In this document: piece after piece, positions 1-6,711 of the stretch | How the letters are laid out: each line of letters begins with the position of its first letter | Position numbering within the stretch: position 1 is the stretch's first letter | Program-made: the position numbers and the translations under genes | Notes under the pieces: generated by a model | Seen by the model: only the letters and a program-made list of their open reading frames with translations | Databases searched by the model: none | Told to the model about the DNA's origin: nothing | NCBI GenBank assembly: GCA_964589765.1 | Contig: CAZPUM010000002.1 | Span: 4,147-30,834 of the forward strand | Direction of reading: 5' to 3' | Origin: an uncultured Methanosarcinales archaeon | GTDB lineage: Archaea > Nanobdellota > Nanobdellia > Woesearchaeales > UBA525 | DNA: 26,688 nucleotides

Positions 1-210
1 TGTACAGGCCATAGGTACTATGGTGTCCCTCACACTCTCAAGTTTGCCTATTGTTTTTGACAATTGAAGACTGGCTCTGCATTCCTGTTCAGTAAATTCC
101 TCTTCCAAAGCAGGGCCTAATATCATCAGGTAAAGTGCAATCATAACAATCGCCAGAGAACCTAGTACTACAACGACCAGAACACCCATTATTTCTGCTC
201 TCTTATTCAT
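1..210 (-). CDS. Class III signal peptide (archaeal type IV pilin-like) protein; N-terminal 70 aa only, runs off the window start
   Basis: My own translation from ATG at 210-208 gives MNKRAEIMGVLVVVVLGSLAIVMIALYLMILGPALEEEFTEQECRASLQLSKTIGKLESVRDTIVPMACT, open to position 1. It has a short basic N-terminus followed by a hydrophobic helix, like its upstream paralogs. The motif TIVPMAC parallels TTVPLCG and TLPEFSC in the neighbours. Its ATG overlaps the TGA of the upstream micro-ORF (ATGA). Confidence 0.55.
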   Translation of the reverse strand, partial: MNKRAEIMGVLVVVVLGSLAIVMIALYLMILGPALEEEFTEQECRASLQLSKTIGKLESVRDTIVPMACT

Positions 211-326
211 GGGAACAACTGTTTTAGCACGATGTATACTATGTAGCCTAGAATAAATATGCCTAACAACAAAAGTATCAGTGTAAGGCTTTTGTTACCC
301 ATCACTTGTGCTTCTCCTTTCCTCAT
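207..326 (-). CDS. 39-aa micro membrane protein with a prepilin-like N-terminus (not in the supplied ORF track)
   Basis: My own translation gives MRKGEAQVMGNKSLTLILLLLGIFILGYIVYIVLKQLFP. A GAGGT Shine-Dalgarno lies 6 nt upstream (rc of 327-340 reads aagaggtaaatt then ATG). The stop TGA overlaps the next ATG (ATGA at 207-210). Confidence 0.4.
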   Translation of the reverse strand: MRKGEAQVMGNKSLTLILLLLGIFILGYIVYIVLKQLFP

Positions 327-356
327 AATTTACCTCTTGTTTGAATCTTGATAAAC

Positions 357-836
357 CTAACGGCAGACACTCAACCGGAAATAACCAGTTCCTCTGCCTC
401 CTGATAGTATAATCTCACTGCGTAAAGCTGAGCTCAACTGTACTGTTGGCGTACTGCTGTTACATCCCACAGTCACATTAACATCCCTGCCTTCCAGACT
501 CAGGTTGTAATACAGACCTTGTTTTGTTAGGGTCTGCTCGCCTATATCTGAAAAAACACTTTGAAGAGCATCGCAGGGGTCAAGTGGACATATGTAATAA
601 TCATCTTCCAAACATGCTCTTGCCACTCTTTCAACTGACGCACCGCACAAGGGAACTGTGGTCTCTTTCAGCGCAGTCATGAAAGCGCTCGCTTGCTGAG
701 TCGCCGCCGCTTGACGGGTATACTCCCCAGTTCCACCTGATGATATAGCATTAAAACGCACAAACAAGACTATTCCCAACACCAAGATTACAACCACAAA
801 CACAAGACCTATCATCTCAATCTGTGCTTTTCTCAT
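357..836 (-). CDS. Class III signal peptide (archaeal pilin-like) protein, 159 aa
   Basis: The N-terminus is MRKAQIEMIGLVFVVVILVLGIVLF: basic residues, A-Q, then a hydrophobic helix. This closely resembles KG-QIAMELG-type archaeal prepilins. ATG at 836 overlaps the TGA of the upstream gene (833-836). The mature part contains 6 Cys. Confidence 0.75.
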   Translation of the reverse strand: MRKAQIEMIGLVFVVVILVLGIVLFVRFNAISSGGTGEYTRQAAATQQASAFMTALKETTVPLCGASVERVARACLEDDYYICPLDPCDALQSVFSDIGEQTLTKQGLYYNLSLEGRDVNVTVGCNSSTPTVQLSSALRSEIILSGGRGTGYFRLSVCR

Positions 837-1312
837 CCAGCTTCCCTCACAATAGTTAGTACTCCAAACCCTCTTGTATCTTCAACAGGGTCATGAACGG
901 TGAAGTATGTTCTCATTATCTGGTACCTTTCCGAGTTTAGTCTTGAGTTCAACACCAGTTTCTGATTTGCTCCTGAAAAATCAACAATCTCAAGTGTTAT
1001 GTTTGAGAAACCCAGTATTGGGGTGTACTGCAGGGCCAGTCTCTCATCCGCCATCATCGATTGGAAAACCTTTGCTTTTTCCAAATCTATACAGTAAGTC
1101 CCTCTGGTTTCAGAAAGAGCACAGGAAAACTCTGGTAGTGTGGTAATTCTCTGCAGAAGTGCTAACGCTTCTCTACTTTCGTATGCCGCTGCAGAGTCTT
1201 TTGCATCAGATTCTACAAACCCTATCCAGAACAACATACCTATCCCTGCGATAATCGCTAAAAATATGATTATCAGAATCGGCTCCAGAGTTTGTAGTTG
1301 GCCTTTCCTCAT
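833..1312 (-). CDS. Class III signal peptide (archaeal pilin-like) protein, 159 aa from ATG 1312
   Basis: The N-terminus is MRKGQLQTLEPILIIIFLAIIAGIGMLFWIGF. The track start at 1327 is a TTG. The ATG at 1312 forms an ATGA overlap with the stop of the upstream gene (1309-1312). Confidence 0.75.
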   Translation of the reverse strand: MRKGQLQTLEPILIIIFLAIIAGIGMLFWIGFVESDAKDSAAAYESREALALLQRITTLPEFSCALSETRGTYCIDLEKAKVFQSMMADERLALQYTPILGFSNITLEIVDFSGANQKLVLNSRLNSERYQIMRTYFTVHDPVEDTRGFGVLTIVREAG

Positions 1313-2340
1313 GCTATCACCGGGCAACTGCTGTCCAGCAGAGTTAACTGCTGTCTAACCAGCAGATTTGAGTTTGAAAACAAGGATGTCATGTAATCCT
1401 CAACATTTGTGGCTGAATGTGCAGGCACAAATATGCTGTCCAAAGCCACATTATATGCGTCTCTACAGTAAAGTGGAAGTCCTGGTTGAGCTTTTATGTA
1501 ACTTCCTCTCTGCTCGTAAATCTGTGTCAGTGTTCTCATTCTGAAACCGAAAGCTTCCCTGCCACAAACATAGTTTTCTGGTGTCCCTGTTACAACCGCC
1601 CCTGCTCCGAGATAATCTGTGAAGTATTTCTCCTGCTTTGTCTGAACCAATACTTCTCCATCCCTTTCATAAAAAGTTACAATACCCACATCTGCTGTTT
1701 GTGGTTCCAACCTTACACCCAGTACTCTTTCTGGAGCATCAGGTATGGCTCTGTTGGCCAAGTTGACCTCTGAACCAACATGAGCTATCACTAATGTATC
1801 TGCACTCTTTGGAACTCGCAATCTTTCAGGGTCATTGAGGTTCAGACTGGATATTATTTTGACATTCTGAGTCTGGGGAAGATGTTTTTTAACATCCTGA
1901 ATGTTACCTTGTGAATCCTGAACCAGAAGATAATAAGTGTTTGAATCCAAAGCGTAAAGAACGCTTCCAATAGGGATTGGTGATTCTGTTTCAGCACCCA
2001 ACAATACCTCCTGTGTTCTGACTGTTGTCATACCAGAAATTTCCGGCGGTAAAAACACAGGAGTTCTATCAATTGAGTTGGATGCCCTGTCCGTTCTTAG
2101 CGTCAAAGTTCCCCCCGGACAGGTCACAAGACTTGGCTGTAGCGAAAGATTGGCAGTTGTATCCCCTTGGAAAACAAGGGATTGTAAACGGCTTGTTGCT
2201 GCAGCAGTACCAAGGGCTTCAACTCTTGTTGTTCCATCCTCAGTACAGCCCTTGATTAAGAAAAAGAACATTATCAGAAAGGCCAGACTTGCCATTAATA
2301 CAAATATATAATTCATTGACAGGCCTACCTGTCCTTTCAT
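1309..2340 (-). CDS. Class III signal peptide protein with a large (about 310 aa) extracellular domain, 343 aa from ATG 2340
   Basis: The N-terminus is MKGQVGLSMNYIFVLMASLAFLIMFFFLIKG. The track start at 2415 is a GTG lying 76 nt inside the upstream gene. The ATG at 2340 gives an ATGA overlap with the upstream stop (2337-2340). Confidence 0.75.
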   Translation of the reverse strand: MKGQVGLSMNYIFVLMASLAFLIMFFFLIKGCTEDGTTRVEALGTAAATSRLQSLVFQGDTTANLSLQPSLVTCPGGTLTLRTDRASNSIDRTPVFLPPEISGMTTVRTQEVLLGAETESPIPIGSVLYALDSNTYYLLVQDSQGNIQDVKKHLPQTQNVKIISSLNLNDPERLRVPKSADTLVIAHVGSEVNLANRAIPDAPERVLGVRLEPQTADVGIVTFYERDGEVLVQTKQEKYFTDYLGAGAVVTGTPENYVCGREAFGFRMRTLTQIYEQRGSYIKAQPGLPLYCRDAYNVALDSIFVPAHSATNVEDYMTSLFSNSNLLVRQQLTLLDSSCPVIA

Positions 2341-2879
2341 GAAGCACCTAGCAGTATTGTCCGACCGAACCCTTCTGTTGAGAACATAAAACTGCCAGTA
2401 GAAACATTTAGACACAACACATTTTCAGCAGGGTCCTCTTCTGGCTTTGACAAAATTATTCTTTGGTCGTAACTTCCAAAAATATCATCTTCGGAAATAA
2501 GGAAAACATTTTCTTCAACACCTTGACTTAGTGAAACTTTGATTGAAGGATTGTCTACAACAGGCACAATAGAATCAGGAAAAGCGACGTTTGCCTTGAC
2601 CATTCTGTTGTCAGCTATACACAATTGCTTTGCATCACAGGGAGATGTTATATCCACAAAGTTTCTGCTTCCAAAGACTGCGTTGGAATCCAAAGCTCTT
2701 TTGAAACTGTTTTTGAACTCTACAAGTTCGGCTTCACAGGAAGATTCACTAAACGAGCCTATCAGTTTTCCTCCAATCCATACTGTGGCTATTATAACTA
2801 TCATGGCAAAAAGAAATGTAAAAGCGTGACCTGTCTGACCCTTAGAGTTTTTCAAGTTCGTCAAACACATCCTCCTCAT
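2337..2879 (-). CDS. Class III signal peptide (pilin-like) protein, about 175-180 aa; start ambiguous (ATG 2879, ATG 2870 or TTG 2855)
   Basis: The N-terminus reads ...MCLTNLKNSKGQTGHAFTFLFAMIVIIATVWIGGKLIG (K-G-Q then a hydrophobic helix). A GGAGGA motif lies at 2870-2875. All three candidate starts overlap the 3' end of the 1289-aa gene by 14-38 nt. The part of the track ORF upstream of 2879 is a frame-shadow of the low-complexity tail. Confidence 0.65.
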   Translation of the reverse strand: MRRMCLTNLKNSKGQTGHAFTFLFAMIVIIATVWIGGKLIGSFSESSCEAELVEFKNSFKRALDSNAVFGSRNFVDITSPCDAKQLCIADNRMVKANVAFPDSIVPVVDNPSIKVSLSQGVEENVFLISEDDIFGSYDQRIILSKPEEDPAENVLCLNVSTGSFMFSTEGFGRTILLGAS

Positions 2880-5800
2880 CCTGTTTTTTCTGCGATTTTG
2901 GTTGCGGTTTTGGTTGCGGTTTCTTTTGGGGTTCTTGTTTCTTCCCAATCTTAGCCAAGTCAACATACCCATCTTCAGATTTTGGCTTGGGGGTACTTTC
3001 TGGTTTTTTTACTTCCGACTTTACAGTTCCTTGCGGAATTTGGGGCTTGACATCCTGTTTTTCCGCAGGCTTTGTCTCTCCAAATTTATTGAACAACTCT
3101 TTTCTTTCATTTTCCTTTTCAGCCTCTCTCTGTTTTCGGGCCTTTTCAGCTGCTTCAGCTCTAGCTTTCTGTTCCTCAGCCAGTTTCTTTCGCTCTTCGG
3201 GAGACATGGGTTTCTGTTGTGGTATTCCTCTTTGAGGAGCAGTTGCTTGTGTTGAGGCTTTCGTTGCCTCTTCTGCTTTCTTCTGCTCGTTTAGAGTCCA
3301 AAGCCAGTATCCTGCGCCACCCATAACTAGAATTCCAAGAATGATTAATATCAGAGCTAACCAATCAACACCTTTTTCAGATACAGGAACGCATTCTCCT
3401 GAGACACACTCTTCATCAAGAAGACAATCCTCATCCTCAGTACACAGATCAATAGGGGGGATAACTCCTCCTATAGGAACACATTTTCCTGCGGAACTAC
3501 ATTCATAACCCTTATCGCAGTCTATGTTGAACATACACCCATCAGGCCTAGGCATACAATACCCTCCTATACATTCATCATCAAGGTTGGGGCACTCAGA
3601 TGCATCAAGGCAAGTAGTCTTAGAGGCCAGTGTGCAGAAGTTTGTATCAATATCACAGTTCGAGTCACACTTCAGGCTCCCGCCTGTGAATGAAAAGTCT
3701 GCGCAAGTCAGCCCGAGCACTTGGGAGCCATCACAAGACTCATTTACATTAACAATAGCGTCCCCACAGGTACCGTTTGTTGGGCCTATACACCCCGATG
3801 TGTCGAGTAAACAACCTGATTTACAGCCAAGGGTTCCGCCCGTAAATCCTAAGTCTGTACAACTTAGACCTGCAAGGTTGGTTCCGTCACAGGATTCGCC
3901 AACGTCCACAGCGCCGTTACCACAGGCGGCAGGTACCACAATAGGTACGCAAACACCCCCGACACACACTTTGGGGGTACATTGTAAATCACTTACACAG
4001 GATACGCAAGGAGGGCATGTTCCTCCACAATCAGTTGCGTTCTCACCCGCATCAAGAATCCCATTTGTACAGTGATCGGGTGCTGCAGTACATGCGGGGT
4101 CCAGAATATCTTTCACACTCAAAGACTTGACTTTTGGTGTTCCCGCAACTCCTGCTGCACTGATGGGTGTGAAAGTTGCGGTGTACAAACCAGGGGTTAA
4201 CCCTGTTGTTGGAATCTCAATGAAAGGTGCTGATGTATTTGCTTCAAAGGTCACACCTGCAGTACCATCAAGTTGAATCTGAACAACGGGCGAACCCAGA
4301 GAGCCAGACACATTGTAAGTGTATTTTACATCGGTTCCCACACAGGCAACCGAAACTCCGTTTAACCCCGTAAGTTCAGGAACACTTCTGTCAACTATAA
4401 AACTGAACTTTTTGATTGCCTGGTCTGATGCGGCCAGACAAGAAACCCAGTACTCATGAGTACCTTCACCAAGATTTCCTAGTATCTCTGAGAAAACACC
4501 GGCTGTTTCTGAACCAAATGATTTGTAAGGTCCTGTAGCACCAATGTCTGAGAACTCACAACTCGTTACAGGTTTGTTAGGTTTTATTGAGAATGTGATT
4601 GCTGTATCTGATGTTGCAGGTTCTGGACTTATCATTTCGATATCAAAAGGCATTCCAAAGTTTATTAGAATCGAAAAGTCCGTTGCATTAGCAAGGTTTG
4701 CTAAGTTTCTACACACAATTTCATAATCAACATCATGAGGATTATCATTTGTGTCAGACCTAAAATCTAAAAGTGTTGTGTGCTCGGTTTTGTAGGAGTC
4801 CTGACTATCAGGATTGTCAGAAGAATCAAACTTATTTCCGCCGTATGTACAATATGTTCTGTCATCTGTTGTTACAGTGAGCGTGACAATCGCGTTTGCC
4901 CTGCTTACAACTGTTTCAGGTACGGCGGTCACACCCATCTTTGGACTGGTATCATCTACACAGAAGTAGAATGTCTTGAAGTGTTCTCTTAAGTTAGTTT
5001 CACGACACATAATTTCTACATCGGCATCGAAGAAACTGAATGTGTCCGTGTGTTTTCTGTTGTCTGTTGTAGAAAGTATCTCTCTTTCCTCCCATTCCGC
5101 ACCAGTGTCTGTCGAGTACCTACAATTTGCATCTCTTGTTGATAGTAACTCGGCAGGGTATGGGCTAGATAACCCGCAACCCAACGGAGGTTGTACCAGC
5201 TGAATAAATGGGGGAAGGCCACATTCGCCATCCTCGCCAGGCCTTAACTCTACCGACTGTGTCGATGACGAACCATCATTCCCCGCATCATCCGTAGCAT
5301 AAACAGACCATGTTGCGGGGTTGGTTACAGCAGTCGACCCCAAATCCAGTTCAACAAACTGCCTTGGTCCTCCAGGAGTGAACCCTTTGAACAGTTCACC
5401 AGTTGAATCTCTCACTGAATAATTGTAATAGTCAATTGGCTCAGAAGAAACATTGAAAGACGCTCTAATTTTATTGAAACATACTGCAGGACTTGCGTTA
5501 AGTGTTGGAGCTGGCGGGGCAATACTATCTATTGTAACCACATAAGTTCGCGTTCTGTTCTTTGCCCCTGTACAGTTCAATTCGAAACTATTCTCTCCTT
5601 CAACAAGGAAAGGTTTTGCGTACCCTTTCTTCCAAGTATTGGGAATGCTTGTATGAACACTCATCAGTTCTCCATTAGAACGACACTCCTCACCCGCATA
5701 GGTTGGTTGTACCACCAGGTCAAAAGATGACAGCGTTGTTATTTCGTCAGGTTGTAAAACCTGTATATCACTGAACTCACCAAAATTAACTGTGACAGGT

Positions 5801-6711
5801 ACTGTTGTGGAAGAAGATAACCCTGCCAGATTTTCACATTCGACAGTAAATTCAAACTGGTGCCTGTTATTATCATTGATAGTGTTGAAGTATTTCAATT
5901 CCTCGTGATATGTTTTGAATGTTGACGCAATTACAGGGTCCTCATCTGGAAAATACTCTCCATCAAGTGTACAAGTTGCGTTCTCATCTGTTGTGACTTT
6001 AAACACGGTCCACTTGTACCTGGGGTCTGTGACATTTTCTGGTGTGGCTTGAACAGTTATTTCTGGAGGTGTGTTATCCCAACCAACAAAAAACTTCGCA
6101 GGAGTCTCTTCAACACCATCCTTACACATGATGAAAAAATCCCCTCTCAGATTTTGAGAAGGGGCTGTGTGCGTAGTTGTTGGTGTTGAACCAGAACTGG
6201 TTCCCTGCATCACATCCCACGTGGTGAAATACCACTGCCATTTACACACGGCCTCTTTTTCTGTAGTCCAAACAATATCATAAGGAGCCGTGTCAGACCA
6301 ACCGTTTTCTGGCTCAATAAGAGTGATATCCATACCTTCAATTGTGAATTCAACGGTGTCAACCTGGTCAGGGTGTGTTGGCAGTCCAGAACGGTCAGCA
6401 GCTATCAAAGTAAGCTGGTATGTACTGGGCAAAAGAGGTTTTTTATCACTCCAAAACATATGGCTCTTGGAATAGACCGCAGGAGGGCCTAATCCAGGGC
6501 TCGCTATCAAATCGTAAGTATCAAGAGCATTAACATCTCTAATAGAATAATCCGTTATCAAAACCTCTTCGGTGTAATTCACAATTATTTTCGGGTCCCA
6601 TATATGTGTGCCTTGGTCAATCGTAACTATTACCGCACTGACTGAAGGAGTTATGGCAAGAGCTATAATCAATAACACGAACCAATTCTTCGTAAATCTC
6701 ACCTCTCTCAC
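2842..6711 (-). CDS. Giant modular surface protein, 1289 aa. Order: signal peptide, two ~370-aa super-repeats of beta-sandwich-like modules, a Cys-rich stalk, one TM helix, and a 150-aa K/E/P/Q-rich cytoplasmic tail
   Basis: It has a GTG start at 6711 (GTGA overlap with the upstream stop). The signal peptide is MREVRFTKNWFVLLIIALAITPSVSA. Internal repeats cover aa 125-497 versus 498-866. The Cys-rich region aa 873-1107 contains 33 Cys and two CGNG/CGD...ESCDG repeats. The TM helix is WLALILIILGILVMGGAGYWLW (aa 1117-1138). The tail includes EEQKARAEAAEKARKQREAEKENERK...KPQPKPQPKSQKK. There are many N-x-S/T sequons. Confidence 0.9.
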   Translation of the reverse strand: MREVRFTKNWFVLLIIALAITPSVSAVIVTIDQGTHIWDPKIIVNYTEEVLITDYSIRDVNALDTYDLIASPGLGPPAVYSKSHMFWSDKKPLLPSTYQLTLIAADRSGLPTHPDQVDTVEFTIEGMDITLIEPENGWSDTAPYDIVWTTEKEAVCKWQWYFTTWDVMQGTSSGSTPTTTHTAPSQNLRGDFFIMCKDGVEETPAKFFVGWDNTPPEITVQATPENVTDPRYKWTVFKVTTDENATCTLDGEYFPDEDPVIASTFKTYHEELKYFNTINDNNRHQFEFTVECENLAGLSSSTTVPVTVNFGEFSDIQVLQPDEITTLSSFDLVVQPTYAGEECRSNGELMSVHTSIPNTWKKGYAKPFLVEGENSFELNCTGAKNRTRTYVVTIDSIAPPAPTLNASPAVCFNKIRASFNVSSEPIDYYNYSVRDSTGELFKGFTPGGPRQFVELDLGSTAVTNPATWSVYATDDAGNDGSSSTQSVELRPGEDGECGLPPFIQLVQPPLGCGLSSPYPAELLSTRDANCRYSTDTGAEWEEREILSTTDNRKHTDTFSFFDADVEIMCRETNLREHFKTFYFCVDDTSPKMGVTAVPETVVSRANAIVTLTVTTDDRTYCTYGGNKFDSSDNPDSQDSYKTEHTTLLDFRSDTNDNPHDVDYEIVCRNLANLANATDFSILINFGMPFDIEMISPEPATSDTAITFSIKPNKPVTSCEFSDIGATGPYKSFGSETAGVFSEILGNLGEGTHEYWVSCLAASDQAIKKFSFIVDRSVPELTGLNGVSVACVGTDVKYTYNVSGSLGSPVVQIQLDGTAGVTFEANTSAPFIEIPTTGLTPGLYTATFTPISAAGVAGTPKVKSLSVKDILDPACTAAPDHCTNGILDAGENATDCGGTCPPCVSCVSDLQCTPKVCVGGVCVPIVVPAACGNGAVDVGESCDGTNLAGLSCTDLGFTGGTLGCKSGCLLDTSGCIGPTNGTCGDAIVNVNESCDGSQVLGLTCADFSFTGGSLKCDSNCDIDTNFCTLASKTTCLDASECPNLDDECIGGYCMPRPDGCMFNIDCDKGYECSSAGKCVPIGGVIPPIDLCTEDEDCLLDEECVSGECVPVSEKGVDWLALILIILGILVMGGAGYWLWTLNEQKKAEEATKASTQATAPQRGIPQQKPMSPEERKKLAEEQKARAEAAEKARKQREAEKENERKELFNKFGETKPAEKQDVKPQIPQGTVKSEVKKPESTPKPKSEDGYVDLAKIGKKQEPQKKPQPKPQPKSQKKQDEEDVFDELEKL
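3634..3924 (-). repeat. Two tandem ~45-aa cysteine-rich repeats (CGNG/CGD-x-ESCDG type, resembling the Myxococcus-type cysteine-rich repeat)
   Basis: CGNGAVDVGESCDGTNLAGLSCTDLGFTGGTLGCKSGCLLDTSGC (aa 930-974) matches CGDAIVNVNESCDGSQVLGLTCADFSFTGGSLKCDSNCDIDTNFC (aa 982-1026). A related copy, CGNGILGLTEQCEPG...SCDELGF, occurs in the 1192-aa protein. Confidence 0.7.
4114..6339 (-). repeat. Intragenic protein-level tandem duplication: two four-module super-repeats (aa 125-497 = nt 5221..6339; aa 498-866 = nt 4114..5220)
   Basis: Module-by-module matches seen by eye. ITLIEPENG...AVCKW...FFIMCKD...DNTPPEI matches IQLVQPPLG...ANCRY...VEIMCRE...DDTSPKM. VTTDENATCT...FEFTVECENLAGL...VTVNF matches VTTDDRTYCT...YEIVCRNLANL...ILINF. 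The divergence is at protein level; there is no near-identical DNA. Confidence 0.75.

Noticed and set aside
2896-2919. Perfect 2x12-nt DNA tandem repeat TTTTGGTTGCGG.
   Set aside because: It encodes the KPQPKPQP low-complexity segment of the cytoplasmic tail. It is not a CRISPR array, satellite or regulatory repeat.
2880-2972. N-terminal extension of the 211-aa track ORF (MGMLTWLRLGRNKNPKRNRNQNRNQNRRKNR...).
   Set aside because: It is the alternative-frame reading of the K/P/Q-rich low-complexity tail of the 1289-aa gene. The prepilin-like motif only begins after the ATGs at 2879/2870, so I treat the extension as a frame shadow.
3524-4075. 183-aa plus-strand ORF and many other 60-140-aa ORFs antisense to the giant minus-strand genes (for example 907..1146, 1417..1773, 16766..17083, 17093..17464, 18242..18676).
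   Set aside because: They lie entirely inside much longer ORFs that have coherent domain structure. Their products are low-complexity Ser/Pro/Leu-rich with no motifs. These are typical shadow ORFs.
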